64,000 nt of DNA, from assembly GCA_963726455.1 (NCBI GenBank), contig CAVSCK010000004.1:1735676-1799675 (forward strand). Direction: 5' to 3'. Under the pieces are notes generated by a model. It did not search any database, was not told where the DNA came from, and saw only the letters and a program-made list of their open reading frames with translations. Below, in pieces: positions 8,936 through 18,583 of this stretch. This DNA comes from an uncultured bacterium. GTDB taxonomy: Bacteria; Zixibacteria; MSB-5A5; CAIYYT01. The position numbers and the translations under genes were made by a program. Position 1 is the stretch's first letter, and every line of letters starts with the position of its first letter.

Positions 8936-9418
8936 CTAAAGTTTGTAACCGATCTTTCTCAAGAATTCGTGGCGCTTCTTCTTGGCGGCATCATCTTCGA
9001 TTCCCAGCGGCTTTTCGCCGTCGACTACGCCCAGAATTCCATTACCCTGTTGCGTGCGAGCCACCAGCACTTCCACCGGGTTAGCGGTCGCACAGAACAG
9101 ATTCACCACTTCATATACGTTCTTGAGACTCGTCAGAATGTTCACTGGAAAAGCATCTTTCATGAAGATCAGGAACGAATGCCCGGCGCCTATCTTAAGA
9201 ATAGTATCGGCTGCTGCTTTCGCCAGCACGGGATCGTTTCCCGAAAAGCGCACCAGCCGGTCGCCGGAGGCCTCACAAAACGCGACACCAAACTTGACGG
9301 TCGGCACCGAGTTGACCATCAATTCATGAATATCTTCAACGCTCTTAATGAAATGCGTCATGCCGAGCACCAGATTGCACCCTTCCTGCATGTCGATCTT
9401 AATGGTATCTATGTCCAT
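8936..9418 (-). CDS. Adenosine-specific kinase family (DUF355) protein
   Basis: NLVLGMTHFIKSVEDI, FGVAFCEASG, GHSF, CATANP and GVVDG are characteristic of this family. Confidence 0.85.
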   Translation of the reverse strand: MDIDTIKIDMQEGCNLVLGMTHFIKSVEDIHELMVNSVPTVKFGVAFCEASGDRLVRFSGNDPVLAKAAADTILKIGAGHSFLIFMKDAFPVNILTSLKNVYEVVNLFCATANPVEVLVARTQQGNGILGVVDGEKPLGIEDDAAKKKRHEFLRKIGYKL

Positions 9419-9426
9419 AACTGCTC

Positions 9427-10290
9427 CTACTTTGCATCGCCCGAAGAGAAATATCGGTGATCAAAGAGCGAATCGGCAATCGAATTGTCGCAAGTATATG
9501 AGGAGTATTCTTCGATCACACCGAATCTCCCTTTGAAGAACAAGAAGCCCGCCTTGCCCTTCAACTCGAATCGCTTGGGCAGATACAGTGTGCTGTCGTT
9601 GTCCGTGACCACGGCGTAGTCCATTTGGAAGTCCAGCATATCAACAAAATGAGGAAGTTTGGCCGGCGCGAACGTCGTCCTAAGTACGCCAAACGTCTTG
9701 GCGTCAATCCAGTAGGTTGCCATGAGATGACGTGAATCGGAGGTTTTGGAACGTGCCATCACAACATAATAGCTCATAAGCTTTTCGACCGACTGATCGA
9801 CAGCGCCCCGGGCAGTCGCAATGGTTGAAGGAACAACATCAAAAGTCGAGTCCCCCTGCCCGATCAAGTAATAGTCATAGGCGGCCATTCCTTCGATGGT
9901 CATCGGATCGACGAAGTTTTCCTTCGAGCCCTCCTGCTTATCCTTGTCCTTCTGCTCCTCCTGCCATTTCTCGTTCAAGTCAGCGACACGTTTTTTGATC
10001 TCGTCGGGAGGCAATTGCTTACCGTCTTCTTCGATCGATAGAATCTCTTCCGAGGTTCGATCACCCCAGACATACATCTTGCGTTTGGTGATAGTAGTTT
10101 CATCCGGCTTCATGTTCTTGTCATACTTGATCTTGTTGGTCGTAGCCAGAGCCGTGTACTTGTCGCAATGCTTCTTGTCCTGCTCCTGCTTCGCAATCAC
10201 AGACTTGATTATGTCCTGAGGAGACGGGTTCTGGGCCAGAAGAGTTCCGACAAACAACAGCGATATTGCCAGGGCAATCAAGCTCTTCAA
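9427..10290 (-). CDS. Secreted hypothetical protein (possibly LolA/RseB-like beta-rich fold)
   Basis: Clear signal peptide MKSLIALAISLLFVGTLLA. The start overlaps the upstream stop by 4 nt. The fold guess rests only on general resemblance (YWIDAKTFGVLR). Confidence 0.6.
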   Translation of the reverse strand: MKSLIALAISLLFVGTLLAQNPSPQDIIKSVIAKQEQDKKHCDKYTALATTNKIKYDKNMKPDETTITKRKMYVWGDRTSEEILSIEEDGKQLPPDEIKKRVADLNEKWQEEQKDKDKQEGSKENFVDPMTIEGMAAYDYYLIGQGDSTFDVVPSTIATARGAVDQSVEKLMSYYVVMARSKTSDSRHLMATYWIDAKTFGVLRTTFAPAKLPHFVDMLDFQMDYAVVTDNDSTLYLPKRFELKGKAGFLFFKGRFGVIEEYSSYTCDNSIADSLFDHRYFSSGDAK

Positions 10291-12272
10291 TGTTTCTCCC
10301 TCGGCTGGATAATCTTGATGGTTTGTATCATATCACCGACTTCGATCTGAGTCACTACGTCCATGCCCGAAAGCACGCGGCCAAACTGTGTGTACCGGCC
10401 GTTTAGGTGCGGCTGCGGCGACTGACAAATGAAATACTGGCTGCCGCCGGTGTCTTTGCCGGATGTTGCCATACCGACCGAGCCGGTATTATACGGCAGA
10501 TCGTTGTATTCACAACGTATTTCGTAGCCGGGTCCACCCCAACCATCTCCGCGTGGATCGCCATCTTGAATCACGAAATCAGGTACGACACGGTGCCACG
10601 ATTTCTTGTCATAAAAACCGCTTTTCGCGAGCTTGATGAAATTGGCGACCGTCTTGCGCGCAAACTTTCTCAACAACTCGATGCGGATGGTTCCCTTGGA
10701 GGTAATGATCTCGGCGATGGGATTTGTTCCCTTGAAGTTGTAGATGCTGGAGTATGTTGCAGCACTAATTGACGTCCGATACTGATTGCCGGTATCAACA
10801 ACTTCGAGTCCCAGGAGTGGGGCAATCTTCCTGGCTCGAATCCGAATTGCATTGTTTGTATCTTCGACTGCGGATTTTATCAACGGCACTAGATAAGTTT
10901 GTTGACGCAGCGAATCCCCGTATTCCAACATGCAATCGAGGATGGTAGTCCTGATATCCGGTTTGGCTGAATACAGGTACATTCGAACAACGAACGGAAG
11001 CAAGTCGGTCATGCGACCGCCAAAGATTTGACTACAAGCAAGATAGACCGGAACAATATCGGAATCACCCAATGCCTGATTAATGTATCTGATCCGCATA
11101 GTGTCTGGGCTGGCGGTTGTCAGGATTTCAAAGGCCGCACCTCTTACGACGGCTATCGGATCCTGGGCCAGACTTGAGAGCAGATTCCACCGACTGTCAC
11201 CGGTGAGGTATCCGCAAGCAGTTGCGGCAGCAGCCCGACTGCTTGAGTTCTCCGCAGTGGCAAAGTTCTCAATTTGCGAAAAGACATCGTCCTTCCTGAG
11301 TTTCGCCAGAGCCAGGAGCGCCTCGTTGCACAGATTCGGGTCGGCATCCGACAGTTCCATCGTCAAGCGATCAATGGCTTCAGCGCCACCGATTTCTCCC
11401 AGAGCTTTGATAGCGGCCTGCCTCACGTATGGGTGCTCTCTGGCGCCGGCCATCGCTACAACCTGGGGAATCAGCACCTGGGCATTGAGCTTACCGGCGG
11501 CTTGGAGGCAATAGTATTTGACCCGCCAATCGGTCTCCGATAGTCGTCGTTTGATCTGAGGAATTACTGAGGCGTCGCCCACCTTGGCCAGAGCACTCAG
11601 CGAGAAGATTCGAATTTGCCGAACTGAGTCGGCTAAACCTAACAGATATATGGGCAGCGCATCCTTGTCGGCGCGCCGCGACAGAGCATAGAAGACCTTC
11701 TCTCTAATCAATCTATTCTTGTCACCTGCCCGTGCAAAGAGTGCGCCAAAAGACGTCCGGTCACCCAGTCGTACCATCGACTCCGCCGCAAGCGCGCGAA
11801 AATGCGGTTTTTCGAGTGAGTCCGCGAGAATGTAGATCAATTGCGTGGCGGCTGCCGGCGAGCCAATCTGACTAAGAGCAACGATGGCGTGCGCTTTGAC
11901 AGTCGAGTCACCGTCCGCCGAATAGCGCGTCAACTCTGCGGTGAAACTTGTGTCGCCAAGTTGACCGGCGGCAAAGATCGCCTGCACAAGAACTTGCTTT
12001 GACTCGTCTTCCAGAAGCTTGGCAAGAAAGGGTCGGTATATTCGGTCGCCGACAATGCCAATCATGTACGCAGTTTGTTCGCGCACATCAGGGTTCGGGT
12101 TGGCAATCCACTTCGAGACTCTGCCGGTGTCGACAGAACGCTCGTCCTCAAGAATGGCTATCGAAACCAGATTGCTGTCCGGTGATGTCGATTGGCAGAA
12201 TGCTCGGCCAGTCCAGAGAAGAACCGCTGATGTAATGCACAAGCTGAACCACAAGAATCGCCGGGTTTTCAC
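10287..12272 (-). CDS. HEAT-repeat protein fused to a cyclophilin-type peptidyl-prolyl isomerase, exported
   Basis: Signal peptide; many HEAT-like repeats (VR..AI.ALG.IG); C-terminal WHRVVPDFVIQDGDP, GSVGMA, GSQYFI, HLNGRYTQFG. Confidence 0.88.
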   Translation of the reverse strand: MKTRRFLWFSLCITSAVLLWTGRAFCQSTSPDSNLVSIAILEDERSVDTGRVSKWIANPNPDVREQTAYMIGIVGDRIYRPFLAKLLEDESKQVLVQAIFAAGQLGDTSFTAELTRYSADGDSTVKAHAIVALSQIGSPAAATQLIYILADSLEKPHFRALAAESMVRLGDRTSFGALFARAGDKNRLIREKVFYALSRRADKDALPIYLLGLADSVRQIRIFSLSALAKVGDASVIPQIKRRLSETDWRVKYYCLQAAGKLNAQVLIPQVVAMAGAREHPYVRQAAIKALGEIGGAEAIDRLTMELSDADPNLCNEALLALAKLRKDDVFSQIENFATAENSSSRAAAATACGYLTGDSRWNLLSSLAQDPIAVVRGAAFEILTTASPDTMRIRYINQALGDSDIVPVYLACSQIFGGRMTDLLPFVVRMYLYSAKPDIRTTILDCMLEYGDSLRQQTYLVPLIKSAVEDTNNAIRIRARKIAPLLGLEVVDTGNQYRTSISAATYSSIYNFKGTNPIAEIITSKGTIRIELLRKFARKTVANFIKLAKSGFYDKKSWHRVVPDFVIQDGDPRGDGWGGPGYEIRCEYNDLPYNTGSVGMATSGKDTGGSQYFICQSPQPHLNGRYTQFGRVLSGMDVVTQIEVGDMIQTIKIIQPREKH

Positions 12273-12390
12273 GCTAGAAGATTACAGCGATTTTGCCCCG
12301 AAGACAAGCGGAAATCGCTCAGAAGTGGCACAGGTTGGATGCCAGTTAGAGAGGTATTGGATTTCGAAATCAGACTAGCGCAGGTGATAG

Positions 12391-15300
12391 CTACTTCAGG
12401 AGAATCATCTTCCTGGTCTGTGCAAAATCATCCGTCTTCAGGCGATAGAAATATATTCCGCTGGCAACCGGCTTTCCCTCATCGTCGGTGCTGTTCCAGA
12501 CGATCGAGTGTTCGCCGGCGCCTTCGAGCTGATCTACAAGCGTCGCGATCTTCTCGCCCAATACATTAAAGACGGAAACATTCACCTGGCCGGTGTGAGG
12601 TATCGAGTAACTGATGACTGTCTGCGGGTTGAACGGGTTGGGACGGTTCTGATCAAGTTTATAAGCCGACGGCAGATTGACGCCGCCACCGTCTTCCACC
12701 GGTGTGGCCTGACGATAATGATTCTTGGCCGAAAGCGCTGCTGCCTGAAGTGCACTCAGATTTGCGCCGCCGATCATGGCGAATGCGACTGTATCTGAAG
12801 CACCGGGAGCCAGATTAAACGGACCGGTGGCAATGCAGTACGACTGATCATACGGAGTAGAACTGGCGGTGTCTTCGAAGCCATGTGTGAGAAAACGAAA
12901 CTTGGTTCCCTCACTGACAAGCCCTTCCGAGGGGGGGGGAGTGTACACATTACCAAGATTTCGAATAGCATAGAACGTGCTGACGCCTTCGGCATTGAGC
13001 ACCGAAGTCCCGCGATAACTATTGAGAAGAGGTCCGTTCTGGTACATGTAGCCCAGCCCATAGGAACGTGAGAAGCCCGACCAGTCATAGCCGCCGCTTC
13101 CCCATGGAAAATCCCAGTCGCAGTAGAGGCCGGCATAGACGCCGTTGATCTGTGACGCAGTCGTATTCGTAATCACGAATTCCATGATGGCATATTGTGC
13201 GTCGGCAAGATCGGTATAGTTGGCGGTTCGTTGTTCAACCAAGAGACCTAACGGCCGTGAGGCGTTATTGTCATTGAAGCGTGAAAGAGTCTCATGATCT
13301 CCCAGCGTACCGCCCGAAGTGCTGACCGTCAGGTTGCCTTCCAAAGCGACAGCAAAATCCTCGTCTGGAGAGCCGAGCAAATTAACGACTCCATCGGAAA
13401 CATGAGTGCTGTCGGTGGCGATCATCAGTCCGCACTGGAACAAATTATTGGTGGCTCCCTGCGGGAAAGTAAAACCGGCGCCGCCTTTGTTAAGAATTGA
13501 ACCGGGGGCAAGGCCATAGGTGCCGTAGTTGCTGACTGTAAATCGGCAACTGTCGGTCGTCTGGGTATATGATGACTTGACCAGGGCAGTTCCGACGGTG
13601 AAGTACAACTTAATCGTCCGCTCATAGCTGGACCCGTCGTGAATTATCAGATCGACGGTAATGATTGTTCCCTCAGCGATTGAATTCGAGAAGGAAATGC
13701 TATAGGGATTGCCGAAATTGCTGGCAGAAGAATTCCCAGGCATCGTGCCAAAGCTGGAGTATCCCTGCAAAATCGAGACACCGGCCGGAGGATTCGAAAG
13801 TACTCCGGTAACACCGACGGTGCCAGCTCCGGAGTTGCGGAGCGTAACGGTAACGCTGACAACATCGCCCGGACTAATGGGAGCGTGCGACGCCTCCTTG
13901 ACATAGATGTAGACCTGATTGTTGGGCGCCAGTAAACGCTTGGCGGCCGGTAGATCAATCACGCCCCAACCAAAGTTATTATCCGGACCCGGCGCACCTT
14001 TGTCTACCGCTGAACGCATGAGGGCGGACTTTATGGAATCGACAGGTGCATTCGGGTTGTACTGTCTCAGGATAGCAACTGCTCCGGCGACATGTGGCGC
14101 CGCAAACGAAGTACCATCAGCAAGACTGTAAGACGCAAGTGTATCGGCGCTGATTACCAGCACCTGATAGCCCGGCGCCATGACCTGCGGTTTGATTGAA
14201 ACACTATCGCAATCGGACGGGCCGCGGCTGGAGCGCTGATAGATCGAGTCCTCATTAGTCGCGGAGACTCCGCCGACAGCGAAACTATTGTATAGGGTCG
14301 TGGCACGGTTGGCTGGGTTACGCAGCGACATTGGCGCGGGACCTTCGTTGCCACAGGCAAACACGACGACGGTGCCGAGCGCTTCCAGGTTATCAATAGC
14401 TTTCCAGAAAATATCAAGACAACTGATGTTACTCTGCTTGAAACCCCAGGAATTATTCAGCACGTCAGGTACGTCGTCGACAGTATTAGGATCGCCATCC
14501 GGATCAGCCGCCCATTGAAATGCCTCGAGATAATTGGCGCCGGGAATATCAATCACGGCCGCACTGATCCAATCCGCTCCGAATGCGACTCCAAGGGTGT
14601 CGCCGGTAGCGTCATTTTTACCGACCATGATTCCCATAGTGGCGGTACCATGCTGCCAGCCCTCAGGCAGGTCAGCAGGGGGTGCATTGTGTGGGTAGGT
14701 TTCCCCGTAGACCGGATCAAACCAACACTGGGAGGACGGGAAACCGTGATTACCGTGATATGAATTTCTGAGAGCGGGATGCAGTCCGTTGACGCCCGTA
14801 TCAAAGGAAGCTATCAGGGTTCCGGCGCCGGTCAGCCCTTGCGCCCACATACTGTCGGCATGAATCAGTCGCAGTCCGGAAGGCACGCCGATGTGTTGGG
14901 CGGATGTTGCCGTCGAATTGCTCGGCGGATAATATAGTGACTGCATCGGCAAGTCTTCGATCATGGCTTCAATATCGGGGCGATTCCTGAGTGTCTCGAT
15001 AAAGGACTTAGTAGCTTCAATTTGAAGAGCATTCGTAATCCAGTATGTTTGGTACGAGCGAACTTCACCGCGCGATTTGGCTTCATCAAGAACTTCTGTA
15101 AGCGACGCCTGGCTCGCGCCAGCGAAATCCCGCAATTGCTCCATCAGTATCTTGTGAGACGCCTGACGGGTGAAGGTGGCGAGCTTGTAGTTCCTCTGTA
15201 GTGACTCTACATCTACTTGATCCTGCAGGAAGACCAGCACCGACACGAATTCTCCGCTCGTCCTGGCAGAGAGCGTAGACTCCAGTTGGTCAGAGAGCTG

Positions 15301-15396
15301 TGCCGAAATCGCCGAGGAAACATAGGGTAAAGAGCCCAGCAGAAGGAGGGCCACTAACGTCGTAAAGATCATAGGGACAGAAACGCGTTGCCTCAT
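12391..15396 (-). CDS. Secreted S8 (subtilisin-like) serine protease with C-terminal FlgD-Ig/T9SS-like sorting domain
   Basis: Catalytic D (FDTG), H (HGTATMG) and S (GTSFAAPHVAG); C-terminus LDQNRPNPFNPQTVISY...ASGIYFYRL...KMILLK. Confidence 0.92.
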   Translation of the reverse strand: MRQRVSVPMIFTTLVALLLLGSLPYVSSAISAQLSDQLESTLSARTSGEFVSVLVFLQDQVDVESLQRNYKLATFTRQASHKILMEQLRDFAGASQASLTEVLDEAKSRGEVRSYQTYWITNALQIEATKSFIETLRNRPDIEAMIEDLPMQSLYYPPSNSTATSAQHIGVPSGLRLIHADSMWAQGLTGAGTLIASFDTGVNGLHPALRNSYHGNHGFPSSQCWFDPVYGETYPHNAPPADLPEGWQHGTATMGIMVGKNDATGDTLGVAFGADWISAAVIDIPGANYLEAFQWAADPDGDPNTVDDVPDVLNNSWGFKQSNISCLDIFWKAIDNLEALGTVVVFACGNEGPAPMSLRNPANRATTLYNSFAVGGVSATNEDSIYQRSSRGPSDCDSVSIKPQVMAPGYQVLVISADTLASYSLADGTSFAAPHVAGAVAILRQYNPNAPVDSIKSALMRSAVDKGAPGPDNNFGWGVIDLPAAKRLLAPNNQVYIYVKEASHAPISPGDVVSVTVTLRNSGAGTVGVTGVLSNPPAGVSILQGYSSFGTMPGNSSASNFGNPYSISFSNSIAEGTIITVDLIIHDGSSYERTIKLYFTVGTALVKSSYTQTTDSCRFTVSNYGTYGLAPGSILNKGGAGFTFPQGATNNLFQCGLMIATDSTHVSDGVVNLLGSPDEDFAVALEGNLTVSTSGGTLGDHETLSRFNDNNASRPLGLLVEQRTANYTDLADAQYAIMEFVITNTTASQINGVYAGLYCDWDFPWGSGGYDWSGFSRSYGLGYMYQNGPLLNSYRGTSVLNAEGVSTFYAIRNLGNVYTPPPSEGLVSEGTKFRFLTHGFEDTASSTPYDQSYCIATGPFNLAPGASDTVAFAMIGGANLSALQAAALSAKNHYRQATPVEDGGGVNLPSAYKLDQNRPNPFNPQTVISYSIPHTGQVNVSVFNVLGEKIATLVDQLEGAGEHSIVWNSTDDEGKPVASGIYFYRLKTDDFAQTRKMILLK

Positions 15397-15584
15397 ACAA
15401 GTACCTCTTGGAGCGAACTATGTGCCGAAAGCGTTGGCTGGATTGCCGGTATTTGTGGTACGTCCAACCTGTTGTCGTTAAGCATGATAGCTGACGCAGC
15501 GATCGGGAGCCGCATTGGAGTGGGGTTGTGTTGTCATGTCGTTGTTAGTGCAATTACCTGCATTAAGTGTGCTCGGGAATTCAA

Positions 15585-15896
15585 CTACAATCTAACTGCC
15601 GTTCCGGCAGCAGTAACGAGAAGCATCCCCTGGCGCACCACTTCGTAATCGATATCAACAGAAAGAACCGCATTAGCGCCGAGCCGTTCGGCTTCCGTTT
15701 CCATCTCTTTAATTGCAATCTTTCGCGCCTGCATCAGTTCGTTTTCATAGGCGCCAGACCTTCCGCCGACGATGTCGGTCACGGTGGCAAAAAGATCCTT
15801 GACGATATTGGCTCCCAAAACCGCCTCCCCGGCGACAATACCAAGGTACTCCCGCACCGGCTTCCCTTCTATAGACGGCGTCGTGCTACTAATCAT
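15585..15896 (-). CDS. YbjQ/UPF0145 family protein
   Basis: STTPSIEG...[17 protein letters not shown]...GGRSGAYE...LGANAV...GTAV. Confidence 0.9.
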   Translation of the reverse strand: MISSTTPSIEGKPVREYLGIVAGEAVLGANIVKDLFATVTDIVGGRSGAYENELMQARKIAIKEMETEAERLGANAVLSVDIDYEVVRQGMLLVTAAGTAVRL

Positions 15897-16019
15897 CCAT
15901 TATTCTCCGCAAATCCAGTACATTCTGAAGCATTATAAGCCGTGGCTACCAAATATGCAATTGGTTAAGTTGAGGTAACTGGCGAGATTAGCACGTAAAC
16001 TTAATCGCAGCGATTGGGC

Positions 16020-16047
16020 TTGACAAAATTTCGAAGAATTATAAATT
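16020..16047 (+). promoter_or_regulatory. Promoter for the tRNA
   Basis: TTGACA (16020-16025), 16 nt, TAAATT (16042-16047). Confidence 0.5.
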
Positions 16048-16075
16048 CTCTGCCCAATGGTTGAACGTTTGTGAT

Positions 16076-16149
16076 GGCGGTGTAGCTCAGCTGGTTAGAG
16101 CAGCGGAATCATAATCCGCGTGTCCGGGGTTCAAATCCCTGCACCGCTA
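16076..16149 (+). tRNA. tRNA with CAT anticodon, non-initiator (most likely elongator tRNA-Met); CCA not encoded
   Basis: Acceptor GGCGGTG/CACCGCT plus A73; D-arm AGCTCAGCTGGTTAGAGC; anticodon stem GCGGA/TCCGC with loop ATCATAA; T-loop GGTTCAAATCC. Ile2 (lysidine) cannot be excluded. Confidence 0.93.
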
Positions 16150-16214
16150 TATCACTAAGTTCAGGAACTCCTTCGCACCTGTACCACACGCGAATCGGTG
16201 AAGTCTCTGCTGCC

Positions 16215-16837
16215 TCACGCGACTGTAATTTTGAATTTGCAGCGTTTGTCCCCCATAAAGGCACTGCTGACAAGTTCAACCTCGACAGGGCGATCAAGCA
16301 GTTGCTCATGCATCGCCTTCACATAGCCGAGCGAGCAGAGACAATAGGTACCCGACAATCCTGCGGGTTTGTTTTCCACTAACGGGCAGAGGTAGGCGCC
16401 CTCGGCCGATGCCTGGCCTGTCTCGGCTGCGTTCAGATACTGGAAATAGATCACATTTCCGACGACGCGGTACGATTCGTCCTTGACACTTTTCTTGACC
16501 CGCTCAGTGAATTGCTCCAGTGTGATCGGCTTGATCTGCCGCTTGGTTTCGGCAATCCAGGCCAAATAGCAGGCCTTGCCATTGGCTATCATCAGTTTAC
16601 TGCGGGTCTCTTTGTCGAGCGTGCTGTCCACTACACCAAGAACCTCGTGACCCATCCCTCGGCGAATTTCATCCGCGCTTCCGATCGCGGGGCTTCTGCC
16701 GGTTTGACCGGCGCCTGCGATGCCTCCTCGGCATGTACCTGCCCTATGTCTCCCACCATGGCACAAACACATGCGCCGACGCAGGTCTTTCCCACGTTGG
16801 CAAGAAACTCCTTTCGATTCATCGAGCCGTGTTTCAT
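16215..16837 (-). pseudogene. Tat-like-signal V4R/DUF6144-like protein, split by a frameshift near 16640 (or a sequencing error)
   Basis: GGAGG RBS before ATG 16837. Frame 1 reads MKHGSMNRKEFLANVGKTCVGACVC...VHA|EE...EGWVTRFL. After one missing base, frame 2 continues GVVDSTLD...LCPLV...YCLCSLGY...GDKRCKFKI. Confidence 0.6.
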
Positions 16838-17038
16838 CTCGGTTGCCTCCAGGATTACTCCACCTATTTCCAGTTTCTTTCCGATTGACTACTGTCTTGA
16901 TTACGTTCCAATTGGAGAGGAAGTTGCGGCGGGCACTGGTAGTGAATTTTTCGAGGTAAGCGATTGCGTCATCTGTCTTTTTATTGACTTTAGACGCTCT
17001 AGTTGCCATAGTAGGAATCACAAATTTGTAGACGGTGA

Positions 17039-18520
17039 TTGATGCTTTCGGTTTTTCGCAGAAAATCGGTCGACGAACTTCTTGGCGAGGCCAAGCAAGG
17101 CTCGAAGCAACTCAAGCGGGTCCTGGGTCCGGTTGACGTAACCATGATCGGGATTGGCGCCATTATCGGCGCCGGCATATTTGCGATGATAGGTGAGGCC
17201 GCCGTAGGTGCATCAAGTGGCTATCCGGCGGGACCGGCTCTTCTAATTTCCTTCCTGCTAACAGGTATTGCCTGCGGTTTCAGTGCCCTTTGCTATGCCG
17301 AGCTGGCGGCCATGGTGCCGATATCGGGGAGCGCCTACACTTACGCCTATGCAACTATGGGCGAATTAATCGCCTGGATCATCGGTTGGGATTTGATCAT
17401 CGAGTACGCGATCGGCAACGTCGCCGTGGCGATTAGCTGGTCGGGGTATTTCAATGATTTCGTTCATACTACTTTCGGCCTCGATATCCCTTATTGGCTG
17501 CGAATGGATTATCGAACCTTTGTGCAAAAGGGAATCGATCTGACCACGGCTCCACATTTGTTTTCCATCCCGATTATATTCAATCTCCCGGCGGTTCTAA
17601 TCGTCGCCGTTCTGACTGTGGTTCTGGTCATCGGAATTCGCGAAAGCTCGCGGCTCAACGATATCATGGTGCTGATAAAACTGGCGGTACTCGCGCTGTT
17701 TATCGGCGTCGGTCTGTACTACTTCAAGGCGGACAATTGGAAACCGTTCGCGCCCGGGGGGTGGCGCGGAATTCAAGTCGGGGCGGCTACCGTCTTCTTT
17801 GCCTATATCGGATTTGATGCCGTCTCAACTGTCTCGGAGGAAACTCGCAATCCGAAGCGTGACATGCCGCTGGGAATCATCGCATCGCTGGCGATATGCA
17901 CTGTGATTTACATTCTCGTGTCGGTCACGCTAACCGGCATGATTCCGTTTCTTGCACTGCGTTCCAAGATAGCGGAACCACTGGTTGCCGGCCTTGAATA
18001 CAATCAGGTTGCATCCTGGTTGATCGCAGTAATATCTCTCGGATCGGTGATCGCGCACACGGCTGTACTACTTGTATTTCAGATGGGACAACCGCGAATA
18101 TTCTTCTCGATGAGCCGTGACGGTTTATTGCCGCCCTATTTCTCGAAAGTACACAAGCGTTTCCGGACTCCATATGTCACAACCATCTGGACAGGCGTGG
18201 CCGTGGCCGGACTGGCGGCTTTCTGCAACATCGATGAGATGGCGAATCTGTGTAACATCGGAACTCTTTTCGCATTTATTCTGGCCTGTGCCGGTGTCAT
18301 AATCTTGCGGATACGCGAACCGAATCGGGAAAGGCCATTCAAGGTTCCCGGCGGAATCGTCAGCGCGTCTTTGGGCATCCTGTTTTGCATCTGGTTGGTG
18401 TTCGGCCTGGACAAGATTACCTGGATGCGATTTGTAATCTGGCTGGCAGTTGGTGCAGTGATCTACTTCGCTTACGGAATTAAGAGAAGTCGAATTGGGG
18501 CTCGAAAGCGCTCAGAGTAA
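17039..18520 (+). CDS. APC-family amino acid permease (cationic amino acid transporter-like)
   Basis: GIGAIIGAGIF, YAELAAMVPISGSAYTY, FAYIGFDAVST, RERPFKVP; about 12 TM segments. Confidence 0.93.
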   Translation: MMLSVFRRKSVDELLGEAKQGSKQLKRVLGPVDVTMIGIGAIIGAGIFAMIGEAAVGASSGYPAGPALLISFLLTGIACGFSALCYAELAAMVPISGSAYTYAYATMGELIAWIIGWDLIIEYAIGNVAVAISWSGYFNDFVHTTFGLDIPYWLRMDYRTFVQKGIDLTTAPHLFSIPIIFNLPAVLIVAVLTVVLVIGIRESSRLNDIMVLIKLAVLALFIGVGLYYFKADNWKPFAPGGWRGIQVGAATVFFAYIGFDAVSTVSEETRNPKRDMPLGIIASLAICTVIYILVSVTLTGMIPFLALRSKIAEPLVAGLEYNQVASWLIAVISLGSVIAHTAVLLVFQMGQPRIFFSMSRDGLLPPYFSKVHKRFRTPYVTTIWTGVAVAGLAAFCNIDEMANLCNIGTLFAFILACAGVIILRIREPNRERPFKVPGGIVSASLGILFCIWLVFGLDKITWMRFVIWLAVGAVIYFAYGIKRSRIGARKRSE

Positions 18521-18583
18521 TGGCCCTGACGCAATCCGACGATATCCCGACCACTTCCGACGCGACGGACTTCACCTCCAAGA

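Noticed and set aside
16076-16215. tRNA as a phage/ICE integration site, or as initiator tRNA
   Set aside because: No integrase and no duplicated tRNA 3' end were seen in the window. It lacks the C1:A72 mismatch and the three G-C anticodon-stem pairs of initiators.
16215-17021. 268-aa single-frame ORF as called by the track
   Set aside because: The middle part is a shadow frame; the RBS and protein-like N-terminus are in the 16837 frame. The 16840-17021 stretch could be a gene remnant, but I cannot support that.
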